Shown: piece by piece, positions 18,408 through 29,396 of the stretch
Layout of the letters: each line of letters starts with the position of its first letter
How positions within the stretch are numbered: the first letter of the stretch is position 1
Source: Candidatus Latescibacterota bacterium
Lineage (GTDB): Bacteria; Latescibacterota; UBA2968; GCA-2709665
Assembly: GCA_963662665.2 (NCBI GenBank)
Contig: CAXXJS010000034.1
Span: 1 to 63,873, forward strand
Direction of reading: 5' to 3'
Length of the DNA stretch: 63,873 nucleotides
The notes under the pieces: model-generated
What the model was told of the DNA's origin: nothing
What the model saw: only the letters and a program-made list of their open reading frames with translations
Databases searched by the model: none
Translations under genes and position numbers: made by a program

Positions 18408-18531
18408 CCAGGGACACCGTGGGGTGAAAGGGGCTTTCAGATGCGGTTTGCAGCTCGAAAGGAAATTGCAGCAACGATGGACCGAGGAAGTGTAATGATT
18501 GCGGGGGCCGGACAGGTTTGTCAGCGTTGGA

Positions 18532-19527
<996 letters not shown>

Positions 19528-19718
19528 CTAAGGTGCGGCACTCGCGAGAATGGGGTTCAGAGGTTTCGGGCGCCTGTTCCTGTCTTTCGAAGTCCGGATG
19601 GCCCTGGTTTCCCGCCTCATGACAGCCCGTTAAAAGAGCCTATCCGGGCTGCGTCCGGCCCTGCCTGCAGAGCGATATTATTTACGGTCTGCTAATGTCC
19701 GCGTGGAGAATGGAATGG

Positions 19719-20195
19719 TTACCGGAACTTCGCTTTCAGCCGGTTTTCAACCGCAGGAGGCACGAACGCGGATACATCGCCACCAAAACGGGCGATCTCA
19801 CGAACAAGGGTGGAATTGAGATACGCATAGTTCAGGCTGGGCATCAAAAAGAGGACCTCCAACCGGGGTTCCATCCGACGGTTGGCAACGGCCATTGAGA
19901 TTTCCAATTCATATTCGGTTGTCGTACGCAGACTGCGCACAACGGTGAAGACGCCGCTCCTTCTGGCAAAGTCAACCAGCAAACCGCTGTACTTCATGAC
20001 TTCCACGTTGGGGCAATGGGAGGAGACTTCCTGAATCATACTGACGCGTTCATCCGGTGAAAACAGCGGATGCTTCTCAGGATTCAGGCCCACGGCGACG
20101 ATCAGCCGTCTGCAGATATTCGCCGTTCGCTCGATCAGGTCCAGGTGGCCGTATGTCACAGGATCGAAGGTGCCAGGATAGATCGCCGTGGTCAT
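19719..20195 (-). CDS. coaD: Phosphopantetheine adenylyltransferase
   Basis: MTTAIYPGTFDPVTYGHLDLIER; start 20195 overlaps the upstream stop (ATGA). Confidence 0.97.
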   Translation of the reverse strand: MTTAIYPGTFDPVTYGHLDLIERTANICRRLIVAVGLNPEKHPLFSPDERVSMIQEVSSHCPNVEVMKYSGLLVDFARRSGVFTVVRSLRTTTEYELEISMAVANRRMEPRLEVLFLMPSLNYAYLNSTLVREIARFGGDVSAFVPPAVENRLKAKFR

Positions 20196-21148
20196 ATTTG
20201 CTCCTTTGCGAGTTCCATGTAGGCCAACCCGGCAGCAATGCTGAACACAGACTGGCTGACCAGGAGACACCGCTGTGAATCAGGGAGAGTCTCTGTCGTG
20301 CAGTTGGAAAAAGGCACGAGGGTTTCGACTTCGGGTCCCTGAAACATCTTAACTTGCTGTGCAAGGGTCGCAATCCGGTGATCCTCGCCACATAACAGAA
20401 CCCGCGGAAAACCGGACCTGCTTTGGTTGGCGTGGGGGCGTCCATCAAGCCAGCGACGCAGGGTGGCCTGGGTTTTTTCTGCTATCGTGTTTTGGTTTGA
20501 GCGCTCTGGCGGTAGTCCGTTAGCCACGTTGGGGCGTTCGAGGCATACTGCCTCGGCCGAGATCAAATTCCCCGACTCGGCCGCAGCAAAATAAAGCCAA
20601 GGATGTCCGGCCATGATGGCAGCAACCCGGGATCCGTTTTCACTCTTCGCCAGCAGACAGGCATGAAACAGGCCCAGGGGCTCGACTTCCAACCGAAACT
20701 GGTTCACGCGAAGGGGAAGCAATAACTCCGAACAGAATTCCAAGACCTCCTTGCGGATAGCAGTCCAGAATGCGGTTCGCCCGGCAGCAACGTAATCGAC
20801 GATGTACCGGTTGGCGGGGTCGACCATGGTCTGCATTGCCTCCCAGGTAACGTGTTCCTGTCGGTCCTCGGACAGAGCCAGTTCCAGCGGTGTCCTTTGC
20901 AAGTGGAAGAAACCACCTCCCAGAGACAGCACGATCGCTCCCGGCGTCCCCCGTAGTTGGGCAAGTCCGTGTTGAAAGCCCTCACGTAGCGATCGCTGAA
21001 CCCCGGGCTGAACAGGCCACTGTGGATGAATGGGCGAGGTCAGCCGGCATTCGAAGAGGGCGCGGAGGCGGTACCTGGCCGACGTGCGTTCCAGACAGGC
21101 CAACCGCAGCACGTCGCCATCGATGTGGATCCCGGTAGCCCGATTCAT
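20192..21148 (-). CDS. Hypothetical protein, weakly PilM/actin-like fold
   Basis: N-terminus ATGIHIDGDVLRLACL, central LEVEPLGL, VLLCG and C-terminal FSIAAGLAY resemble degenerate PilM motifs. Translationally coupled to comEA and coaD. Confidence 0.55.
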   Translation of the reverse strand: MNRATGIHIDGDVLRLACLERTSARYRLRALFECRLTSPIHPQWPVQPGVQRSLREGFQHGLAQLRGTPGAIVLSLGGGFFHLQRTPLELALSEDRQEHVTWEAMQTMVDPANRYIVDYVAAGRTAFWTAIRKEVLEFCSELLLPLRVNQFRLEVEPLGLFHACLLAKSENGSRVAAIMAGHPWLYFAAAESGNLISAEAVCLERPNVANGLPPERSNQNTIAEKTQATLRRWLDGRPHANQSRSGFPRVLLCGEDHRIATLAQQVKMFQGPEVETLVPFSNCTTETLPDSQRCLLVSQSVFSIAAGLAYMELAKEQI

Positions 21149-21552
21149 GGGCCCTTCACCGTTATCCTGGAACGCAGTCTTTCGAGTGTCTTTTGCCCGA
21201 TCCCCTTTACTCTGGTCAGTTCATCCACGGACTTGAAGGGCCCGCGCTGATTGCGGTCGTCCACAATTCGCCGGGCGATTTTGGGCCCGATTCCCGGTAG
21301 GCGCGTCAGTTGTCCGGCCGAGGCCCGGTTCAGATCGATGGGACCGGTGTCCTGCTGTGCAATTTCGGTTTTCACCGGATTGTCGGGCACGGGCACCGCG
21401 CCTTTTTGAACGTGGAAGTCGGGGAGGTCGCGGTCGCCAAACCGTTCAATCAGATTCACTGCCCCGCCGATCAACAATGCAGCAGCCAGACCCAGCAACA
21501 CAAACCGTTCTTTTCGATTGAAGGAAAACATACGAATACCGATTTTCTTCAC
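21145..21552 (-). CDS. comEA: ComEA-family helix-hairpin-helix DNA-binding protein
   Basis: N-terminal TM, IDLNRAS...LTRLPGIGPKIARRIV...GPFKSVDELTRVKGIGQKTLERL. Start is GTG 21552 or ATG 21531. Confidence 0.9.
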   Translation of the reverse strand: MKKIGIRMFSFNRKERFVLLGLAAALLIGGAVNLIERFGDRDLPDFHVQKGAVPVPDNPVKTEIAQQDTGPIDLNRASAGQLTRLPGIGPKIARRIVDDRNQRGPFKSVDELTRVKGIGQKTLERLRSRITVKGP

Positions 21553-21588
21553 GGACCGCAGGCGAGTTTGGACGTTGGTTCAGTAATA

Positions 21589-24500
21589 TCAGTTAAATCG
21601 AATTTCTCCCCATACTCGGAATTCCCATACTCTGTTGTTCACGTCGCGGAGCTTGTCCTTGCGATTTTCGTGCCTGAATCGGGTCCCGCCCGTGAATTTG
21701 CTGCTGAACTCGTATTGACCCGCCAGACTTGCGTGCCAGCGATCGTCGCTCTGGCGAACAACGGCCTGATCGGTTTCTGTGGCTTCCGCGTTTCGGGGGA
21801 TTTCTCTTTTGAGGCTGGTGTTTGTTCCGTACTCGACCGTAAGGTCCAGATTGCTCTGCAATTTCGTGAAAAATTTCGAACTCAGCGAATATCTGAGGGA
21901 AGCGGTGAATTGAGACTGTTCCGTTATGGTCGTTCCGATCAGCCGTTCCTCCAGCGTCGGCTGTGTGACGGTGCTGTCGGTGGCCACGTTGCGCTGGTAA
22001 CGCAGGTCGTTCTGTCGGCTGCGGTTTGTACTGACGTTCGTTGTCATTTTGTTCTTCCAGCGTGCCTGCCACCTGATCAGCGGCCGGAACTCCGTTCTCC
22101 GAGTATCGCTGGTCAGAACGTTGTCTTCCAGGCCGCCGTCGCCCCGAAAGATACGATTTGACTTGTAATTGAGGCTGAGATTGGAACTGGCGAAAATCCA
22201 CCTGAAGACCGGCAGTTCCCCGAGTCCCCGCCACTGCGCGGACAAATTCGGGAACTCCAGTTTCTGTTCTTCCGTATTGGCGTTGCCAAAGCTCCTGGCA
22301 TGGTTAAAGGTCAATCCCGAAGAGCCGCGAAAGCCCGCCGGCAGGCGCACGGCGCTGCTGAGTGTGGCATTATCGGTAATGTTCCGGGTGTTTACGCGCG
22401 TAACGCCACCGGACCCGTAACGTGGCGACATCGTGGTGTCGGTAAGGCCAAGTTGAAACTTGAACGCTGGTCGACGTCTCAGTCCGAAGAGATTAAACGC
22501 CCGATTGCGAAATGCGTTGACTTGAACGGCTTCCAGTGCTCCGCCCAACCTGCCGACCAGCCGGATTACCGAAAACCCTGTCTGTTCTTTCGACGGCCGT
22601 GCGAGAGAGCGAAAAATAGCCGGCAGGTTCAGGCTGAAGCGGGCGCCAACGCGGCTGTTGTTGCCAACGGTAAGTCCTCTGCGCTCGTTACCTATGGAAG
22701 TACGCTGTCCTCCGGTTTCGAGGCGCTCACGATAGCGGGACGAGTAGTCGGTGTTGATGTTGAGCAACCTGGAAACGCGGGGTGTGAAGTTGAAGCTCAC
22801 TTCCTGATTTCGCGTTGTTTCACGGCCGAATTGCAGCCTGGCGAAATCGAATGAATTCCGTAGATCGCGGTTTACTGCAAGGGAATAGTTCGCTTTCAGG
22901 CTTCGAAAGGGGGCCAGTTTTATGACGAAACTCTCGTTGAGGTTGAAGGTTTCATTCAACGCGGCGATGACGTCCGACGTATCGCCCTCAACGGCGGAAA
23001 AGGAGCGCCTGTTGATGTTCTTGCGATCAAAACGCAGGTTGTACCGAAGGGTTGACGGTAGGTAGAAGAATTGGACTTCCTGAAAAAGGGAACCCACACG
23101 CGGAACCCAGGTGAGGATTTTCAATCCCGTTTGTCTGGGCCAACTCACGTCATAGCTGAAGCTTCCGTTGAAATTCTGTTCGTCGTTGGATCGCCGCCGC
23201 GTAATGGCGCCGCTGACCGCGTTATTCGTCAGAAAGTTCAGAGACGCATTGATCCTGTCGAAAAAGAGCCGGGCGATCCAGCGAGGGTCTCTCGTGGCCG
23301 GACGTTTCCGCAGGGAGACGTTAAACCTGGACGACGCTCGTACCGCGCTCTCCCTGGCCTTCTGCTCGTCGGTCAGTACAATGTCCGAACCCTGTCGAAT
23401 CCGGGGCACGGACCCGTTCCGGAGGTAATTGAACCGAACCGGAATGACGGTGTTCCACCGATCGGGCAGGAATTTATTCAGATTGAACGAACCGTTCAGG
23501 CTGACCTGGGTCGTCGAATTACCCGTGGAACGTCCCTGAAGGTCCTGGAAGTCGCCGCTCCGGCGTTCCAGATTCAGGCTCACGTTGCCCAGATCGGCCA
23601 CTGTTGTCTGGACGTTCAATAACATGGATACGGCGTTTTTCTTTCGGATTCGATCGACCCGGAGTTCATCCAGCCAGATTTCGTTTTCGCCCTCCAGAGG
23701 AAATTCTCCCATGTTTCTTACGCCGATCACGAATGACTTGATTTTTGAAAGCGCGGGGTTGCCTCGCACTGTATACGTGGCGCCATCCAGTTCTGCGCGG
23801 ACCTGCTCGGATTCGCTGTCGAAATCGGCCAGGATCTCGCCTGTTGGAAGGGAAAGCCGCAGCGTGTCGGACACCTGGCCGATGGCCTTCAGGTCTGTCA
23901 GTTTGCCTTTGATCTGCGACAGGACGTCGAGTTCGATCTTAAACGTGTTTGTCTCGGGAGACCAGCCCCGATAGATGGGCTTCCTGTACTCGTAGAAGTT
24001 GAGCGTATCTTCACCGATGGGCGAGAATCTTACGAAGAGTTCGATCGGACTGAAGTTGCCGGTAACGGAATCGGGTCCGGCGGGAAAGTTGGCCTCGTAA
24101 GTGGATTGAGTGGGATTGCCGCCGTGCACGAACATGGTCATCAGACCGTAGCGCGTGTAATTCTGTCCCTCGGTAAAAGTTCGCGAAGCCGAAACGCTCT
24201 CGCCGGGAAACAGGTCTTCGAATCGAAGAACCAGCGACCGCTCAAGGAGTTGCCTTCCCGTTTGCGGATCGGTCTCCCGCTCAAGTCCCGGCGGAAGTTC
24301 ATATACCTGATTGTCGGTTCCTATCGTCGCCACTCTGAAGTCCCCCGATTGTTGTCCTTCCAGGGGTTCATCTTCGAGCCAGTCGCTGCCAACTGCTGCA
24401 AGGGTGTAAATGTCGAGGGACGTCGTGTCGTCGTGTTCTATCCAGATTCGCGCAAAATCAAATACACCGGCGAAGGTCGTGTCGGGATTGCCCTCGACGG

Positions 24501-27500
24501 CTCGCGGGGCATTATTGCCGCGCAGCGGGATGCGCAACAGCCTCCAGGGACGGTCTGAAGGATCCGACTGGCTGCCAACAACCAGTACGGATGGTCCATC
24601 GTACTCGCCTGAAAACGCGTTCCAGCCCCGATCTGATGCCAGGTCGACGCTATAGTGCAGGTAGTGGTTCCGGTTGTCCAGGATTCCGTTCTGGTTCAAA
24701 TCTTCGGAATCCGGTCTTTGTTCCCGTTCGGGATTGTTATTCTGGGTGCCGTTTACGCCCGGCGGATACCGGAAACGGTTATTTTCCTGGTCGAGGTCCA
24801 CGTCCGCAAAGTTGTCGTCCGACGGGTCGTCGGGGACGGTGACGCCAGGGTATATCAGGCGGTAGACCGAGTCTTCCTGAGCGTCGGTAAGGCCGTCCAG
24901 ACCGATGTCTTCTTCCGGTATGGCCACGTCATCGCCCGTAGGAAAGCCGGGCAGGGGGCGGTCTTCGGTGCGGAACTGTCCCGGCGGCGGCGGATTGAAC
25001 GTCGCGTGGTCCAGTAGCAGAGTGGCCCGCTCGGAAATTTCACCCAGGTCGATATGGAGCCGGCCCGAATTCCCCCGGATCCAGAGCTCGATGAACTTGG
25101 ACCGCGAGAAGTCCATGCCAAAGAGATAACTGGATATGCCCGCCCATGATATTTGCGGGAGGCCGCCCGCGGGGTTCCGCGAGGTTTCGGGAAAGCCGTT
25201 TGTGCGATGCGGTTCGAATCGGATGCTGAGCACGTCGTCGATGATGCTGTTCTCAACGGGTATATCGTCTCGCCCGGGCTGTATTTCGTAGATGGAAATG
25301 CGGTCGCGGTCCACCCGGTTGTACCATGTAAGGCGTCCCCTTGGCATCGAGAGTTGGAGGCCGTTCCGGGTAGGGGAGCTGCTGGTGGACCAGTCGAACT
25401 TGAAAGTGGAAAACGACTTTCTGCTTTCTGCGCCTTCAAAATCGTCGATGTAGGCTACATTTTTCGTATTCGGGTTGGGCAGGCTCTGCGCGATCTCCAT
25501 GTCGACGTTAAATGCCGAGGGCGCCTGAGTTGAAATAAATGGCAGCTTGTTGGCGAAGTCGGTGAGGATCTGTGGCTTGAAACGGAACCGGCCGTTCATA
25601 TCCCAGATGAGGGTCCTTGCCGGCTCATCTCCCACGCGAACCCGTTGAGTGGTGGCGCTTTCGCTACCGTAGAGCAGGCTCATTCCCAGCATTGAGACGT
25701 TATCCTTGAACGGGCGCTCCGCCCGGATGCCAAGAAGGCTTCTTTGCCCGCCACCGAATCCGAACTGGCTCTTGGATCCGTAATTGATCACGAGATTGGC
25801 CGACGGGTCGGCCGCAAGGTCCGCAGCCTCGCCTACCAGCTCGATTGAGCCGAATTCATAGTCGATGTTGTAGTCTCGTCCGCGGGTCAGCCGACGGTTG
25901 TTCAGCAGCACCTCTTCGCTGTTTTCGATCAGACCAAAACCCAGGTTGAATTTGGTGGACCGGCTCTTTGACCGGATTCGCAGGAAATATTGCCCTTTCT
26001 GGGCGCGTGTTGTGTTATTCGTGGTGTTGTAGATTTCAGGCACCCGGGCGTCGTCGGACAACCCCTCGGCCCCGGCGCCCCGCTCACCGAACGGCTCCAG
26101 ATCGTGAAAAACCAGGTGGCCGGTGCGCAGATCAAGCCCGGGCAGATTCGTGCCCCCGTCGATATCGATGAGGTTGTCCGGCGGAGAGGATTCGGAGGCG
26201 CCGTTGGTATGCCTGTCCAGGCCGAAGATCCGGAGGTACGGCGTGCCGCGCTGGTTGTCCACCGCCTCCTGTCCCGGCACGTCCCTGAGGATTTCCAGTT
26301 CAAAGCCCTCCGGCTCGATGTCGCGGCTTCCCAGGGAATACACGTTTCGCCACGCCAGATCCCACGTTGGAAATTCCGGGCGCTGCTGCCGGGCGTGAAT
26401 GAGTTTCAGTCTGACTCTGGCATCCGGATCTGAGGGGTCCTGGATAAAATTCAGGTCGCCGAACACACGCCCGTCGGCAGTACGGTATGCGACCGCCAGG
26501 GTCTGACCTCGGGCGATTCTCCGGCGGGTCATAATTAAATAGCCTCTTGCGTCGACCAGAAACTCGGAGCGGTCCAGTTCGTGGAAGAAGCCCTCTTCAA
26601 TTTCTCCGCTCTGCGCGCCGTCGGCGCTGCCACCGGGCTCCGGGACGGGTCCATCGGTCCAGAACGCAAATGCGACGCCGCGGCCGGCGCGCTGCTCGAT
26701 GTCGTTGCGATCGTTGAAGTCATTCAGAAAGACCCGGACCGAGCCAATGTCCACGAGGTCCGGTCGGGTGGGTTCGCCGGGAAAACGCTCACGATACACG
26801 AGGTCGAGGAAGAAGTAGGTGTTCTCTTCGTAGTCATAGTCTCGTATTCTATGTGCGATCTCCTCTGCCTGCCCCTGGAACGATTTCCGGTTGCTGGCGC
26901 CTCTGTCGTGGCTGGTAACTACCGTCACGTCCAAACCGCCCAGGCGTCCACGGCCTTTAATGCCGAACAGACCGCTTCGGTTGGATGAACTGAAGCCAAC
27001 CAGGCGGGTGCCGGACAGGCTGAGGGAGGTCCTGCCCGCTTCAATCTCCTGTATAATGTCGTCTTCGTCTCCGTCGTATCGAAACTGGAGCGATTCGCTG
27101 ATATCGGCTTGGCCGTGGCTGTCCTGCTGGAGGTTCAGCGTTATCCGGTCACCGATGGTGCCCTGCACGTTCAATTGGGATTCCTGCTCGAAATTGACGG
27201 TGAAGCCCTCGGCTGCGCGTGCCCGAACCGTCTGAGCCTGGCCGCCCACGGTGGTATTTACGCCGGACAGATCGATGCGCCGGGAACCGGTAATCTTGAT
27301 ATTGGTGTCGCCTTCGCCGGTAATAACACTCAGCGCTTTGGGAACCTTGACGGGTATCTTGATATCCACAAGGGCGCCTCCAGCGCCCCGGCGTACCTGC
27401 GCCGGGAGGCTGAGCTTTTCTGCGGCGACGCGATTGAAATCCGCATCGAATTTATAGGCGGACAGGCCCTTTATGGTGATAACCGCCGGTATGCCGTGGA

Positions 27501-27813
27501 CAACGTCGCCAGCGGCTTGATAAACCATCAGCGTACCGGTATCCGTGTCGAGCAGGCGGGTGACGGTCCGGGTGAACTCGCGCCGTTGTCTGAAGAGAGG
27601 TTGAAAGGCCGTGGAACTGGAGTAGGTTAGCTTGACGGGAGAGCGATGGAATACGTGTGCGGGTGTCTTTCCGAAAGAGAGTTGAAGACCCGGTTCGGCG
27701 CACAGTGTGTCCGAATCGGCCAGAAGGCACGCGATGAGAAAGCAAGCGATGACCCAGGGCAGTGGGACTGTCACTCCCCTCTGTGATTTGTCTAAGCTGT
27801 ATGGGGTATTCAT
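21589..27813 (-). CDS. sprA: SprA/Sov-like giant outer-membrane protein (T9SS translocon homolog), about 2075 aa
   Basis: LNVQGTIGDRI, YDGDEDDIIQEIEAG, GLFGIK, EIAQSLPNPN, AYIDDFEG, LHIDLGEISE, EIWLDELRV; amphipathic beta-strand-rich C-terminal third ending EIRFN. Start uncertain (ATG 27813). Confidence 0.82.
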   Translation of the reverse strand: MNTPYSLDKSQRGVTVPLPWVIACFLIACLLADSDTLCAEPGLQLSFGKTPAHVFHRSPVKLTYSSSTAFQPLFRQRREFTRTVTRLLDTDTGTLMVYQAAGDVVHGIPAVITIKGLSAYKFDADFNRVAAEKLSLPAQVRRGAGGALVDIKIPVKVPKALSVITGEGDTNIKITGSRRIDLSGVNTTVGGQAQTVRARAAEGFTVNFEQESQLNVQGTIGDRITLNLQQDSHGQADISESLQFRYDGDEDDIIQEIEAGRTSLSLSGTRLVGFSSSNRSGLFGIKGRGRLGGLDVTVVTSHDRGASNRKSFQGQAEEIAHRIRDYDYEENTYFFLDLVYRERFPGEPTRPDLVDIGSVRVFLNDFNDRNDIEQRAGRGVAFAFWTDGPVPEPGGSADGAQSGEIEEGFFHELDRSEFLVDARGYLIMTRRRIARGQTLAVAYRTADGRVFGDLNFIQDPSDPDARVRLKLIHARQQRPEFPTWDLAWRNVYSLGSRDIEPEGFELEILRDVPGQEAVDNQRGTPYLRIFGLDRHTNGASESSPPDNLIDIDGGTNLPGLDLRTGHLVFHDLEPFGERGAGAEGLSDDARVPEIYNTTNNTTRAQKGQYFLRIRSKSRSTKFNLGFGLIENSEEVLLNNRRLTRGRDYNIDYEFGSIELVGEAADLAADPSANLVINYGSKSQFGFGGGQRSLLGIRAERPFKDNVSMLGMSLLYGSESATTQRVRVGDEPARTLIWDMNGRFRFKPQILTDFANKLPFISTQAPSAFNVDMEIAQSLPNPNTKNVAYIDDFEGAESRKSFSTFKFDWSTSSSPTRNGLQLSMPRGRLTWYNRVDRDRISIYEIQPGRDDIPVENSIIDDVLSIRFEPHRTNGFPETSRNPAGGLPQISWAGISSYLFGMDFSRSKFIELWIRGNSGRLHIDLGEISERATLLLDHATFNPPPPGQFRTEDRPLPGFPTGDDVAIPEEDIGLDGLTDAQEDSVYRLIYPGVTVPDDPSDDNFADVDLDQENNRFRYPPGVNGTQNNNPEREQRPDSEDLNQNGILDNRNHYLHYSVDLASDRGWNAFSGEYDGPSVLVVGSQSDPSDRPWRLLRIPLRGNNAPRAVEGNPDTTFAGVFDFARIWIEHDDTTSLDIYTLAAVGSDWLEDEPLEGQQSGDFRVATIGTDNQVYELPPGLERETDPQTGRQLLERSLVLRFEDLFPGESVSASRTFTEGQNYTRYGLMTMFVHGGNPTQSTYEANFPAGPDSVTGNFSPIELFVRFSPIGEDTLNFYEYRKPIYRGWSPETNTFKIELDVLSQIKGKLTDLKAIGQVSDTLRLSLPTGEILADFDSESEQVRAELDGATYTVRGNPALSKIKSFVIGVRNMGEFPLEGENEIWLDELRVDRIRKKNAVSMLLNVQTTVADLGNVSLNLERRSGDFQDLQGRSTGNSTTQVSLNGSFNLNKFLPDRWNTVIPVRFNYLRNGSVPRIRQGSDIVLTDEQKARESAVRASSRFNVSLRKRPATRDPRWIARLFFDRINASLNFLTNNAVSGAITRRRSNDEQNFNGSFSYDVSWPRQTGLKILTWVPRVGSLFQEVQFFYLPSTLRYNLRFDRKNINRRSFSAVEGDTSDVIAALNETFNLNESFVIKLAPFRSLKANYSLAVNRDLRNSFDFARLQFGRETTRNQEVSFNFTPRVSRLLNINTDYSSRYRERLETGGQRTSIGNERRGLTVGNNSRVGARFSLNLPAIFRSLARPSKEQTGFSVIRLVGRLGGALEAVQVNAFRNRAFNLFGLRRRPAFKFQLGLTDTTMSPRYGSGGVTRVNTRNITDNATLSSAVRLPAGFRGSSGLTFNHARSFGNANTEEQKLEFPNLSAQWRGLGELPVFRWIFASSNLSLNYKSNRIFRGDGGLEDNVLTSDTRRTEFRPLIRWQARWKNKMTTNVSTNRSRQNDLRYQRNVATDSTVTQPTLEERLIGTTITEQSQFTASLRYSLSSKFFTKLQSNLDLTVEYGTNTSLKREIPRNAEATETDQAVVRQSDDRWHASLAGQYEFSSKFTGGTRFRHENRKDKLRDVNNRVWEFRVWGEIRFN

Positions 27814-28097
27814 GCGTGAGTTGGAACGTCTTTTTCGGGGACGGGCATGCGCGTGGAGGTTGAGAGTCAGACTAATAATACCGAACCCGGTGCTAAAGAT
27901 CAAGGGAAAACCCGAACCGGATGATCTACATATAAAACAATTAGAAACAGTAAGTTATAAAGAATAATCCACATCCCGGATCCTGTGATGGGTCAAGAAA
28001 GGGCTTCCGTCGAAAAAAAAATCCCGTATATTCTGGCGTCTTCCGGCGCCAGTATCTTTAACTCTTTTGAAAACACGCGGTTCCACGGAGACGTAGT

Positions 28098-29396
28098 ATG
28101 GTGCTTTCCAGATATGTTCTCAAAGAGCATGTCGCGCCGTTTGTGTTCGGCTTCTCCGTCATCATGTTCCTCCTGGTGGTTGACCTGATTCTGCAGAAGA
28201 TGGATCTGATGCTGGGTAAGGGAATTGCGCCGGGTGTTGTTCTTGAGCTGTTTCTGTTGAATACCGCGTGGATGATTGCCCTGGCAGTACCTATGGCGGT
28301 GCTCGTTGCCACCCTGATGGCCTTCGGACGGCTGAGCGCCGACGGGGAAATTGCGGCCATTCAATCGCTTGGTATCGGTGTCTTCCGCGTGATCCTTCCC
28401 GTTGTGTTGGCTGGTATCACCCTGGCATTCGGGCTGGTTTTCTTCAATGACCGGATTTTGCCCGAATTCAACTATCGGGCCCGCTTGCTGATGGGAGACA
28501 TTCAGCGAAAGCGCCCCGCAGTCGCACTTGAGGATCGGAGCGGTGTCTTTATTCAGGATTTCGCCAACTACAGGATTCTGATAGGCGATATCGACAGGCG
28601 GTCTTCGATTCTAAGGGACGTCCTGATTTACAAATACGAACCGGGTGGATATCCCGTTTCCATAGCCGCCGAAACCGGCCGGATTCGTATTGACGCTGAA
28701 AGTGACGAAGCGCTGGTGACGCTGGAGAATGGAGAGTGGCATCGGGTGGATAAGGCAGATCCGGATGTATATTTCAGAGCCCGTTTCAAGAAAAAGAACC
28801 TGCGCCTGGGAGAAGCCGGCCGGCACCTGGTACGCACCATGTCTCGCTACCGCACGGACAGAGAGATGGGACTGGGTGAGATGATGGACCGGGTGAACGC
28901 CTATCAGGGGGAAGCGGCCGCCCTGCAGGTCCAATCCGCGGACAGTGCGGGTGCCGCACTCGGACGTCTGCTCTTTGTGCCCGACACGGTATCCCGGCCG
29001 TTTCGTACGTTCGCGGATCTGGCCATGCAAGTCCGGACCGACACGGAAATTCGACGTCACAAACTCAGACAGGCCGACCGGTACCGGGTTGAGATCCACA
29101 AGAAGCTCTCAATTCCTGTTGCGTGTATCGTCTTCGTTCTGATTGGCGCACCGCTCGGAATCCGCGTGCGTGGGAGCAGCCCCGCCCTCGGGGCTGGAAT
29201 CAGCATCGGGTTTTTTCTCCTGTGGTGGCTCTGTCTGATCAGCGGGGAGACGCTGGCCGATCGTGGATATATTCCGCCGTGGGTTGCCATGTGGAGCCCC
29301 AACTTTATCGTTCTCTCATGCGGTTCGTGGCTGGTATACGGAACCCTGCTCGAGTGGCATTTCGGTCTGCGGAGGAGGCGTCCGTGCGTATCTTGA
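28098..29396 (+). CDS. lptF: LPS export permease LptF
   Basis: LSRYVLKE, LAVPMAVLVATLMAFGRLSADGEIAA, VEIHKKLSIPVAC, PWVAMWSPN. Confidence 0.92.
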   Translation: MVLSRYVLKEHVAPFVFGFSVIMFLLVVDLILQKMDLMLGKGIAPGVVLELFLLNTAWMIALAVPMAVLVATLMAFGRLSADGEIAAIQSLGIGVFRVILPVVLAGITLAFGLVFFNDRILPEFNYRARLLMGDIQRKRPAVALEDRSGVFIQDFANYRILIGDIDRRSSILRDVLIYKYEPGGYPVSIAAETGRIRIDAESDEALVTLENGEWHRVDKADPDVYFRARFKKKNLRLGEAGRHLVRTMSRYRTDREMGLGEMMDRVNAYQGEAAALQVQSADSAGAALGRLLFVPDTVSRPFRTFADLAMQVRTDTEIRRHKLRQADRYRVEIHKKLSIPVACIVFVLIGAPLGIRVRGSSPALGAGISIGFFLLWWLCLISGETLADRGYIPPWVAMWSPNFIVLSCGSWLVYGTLLEWHFGLRRRRPCVS

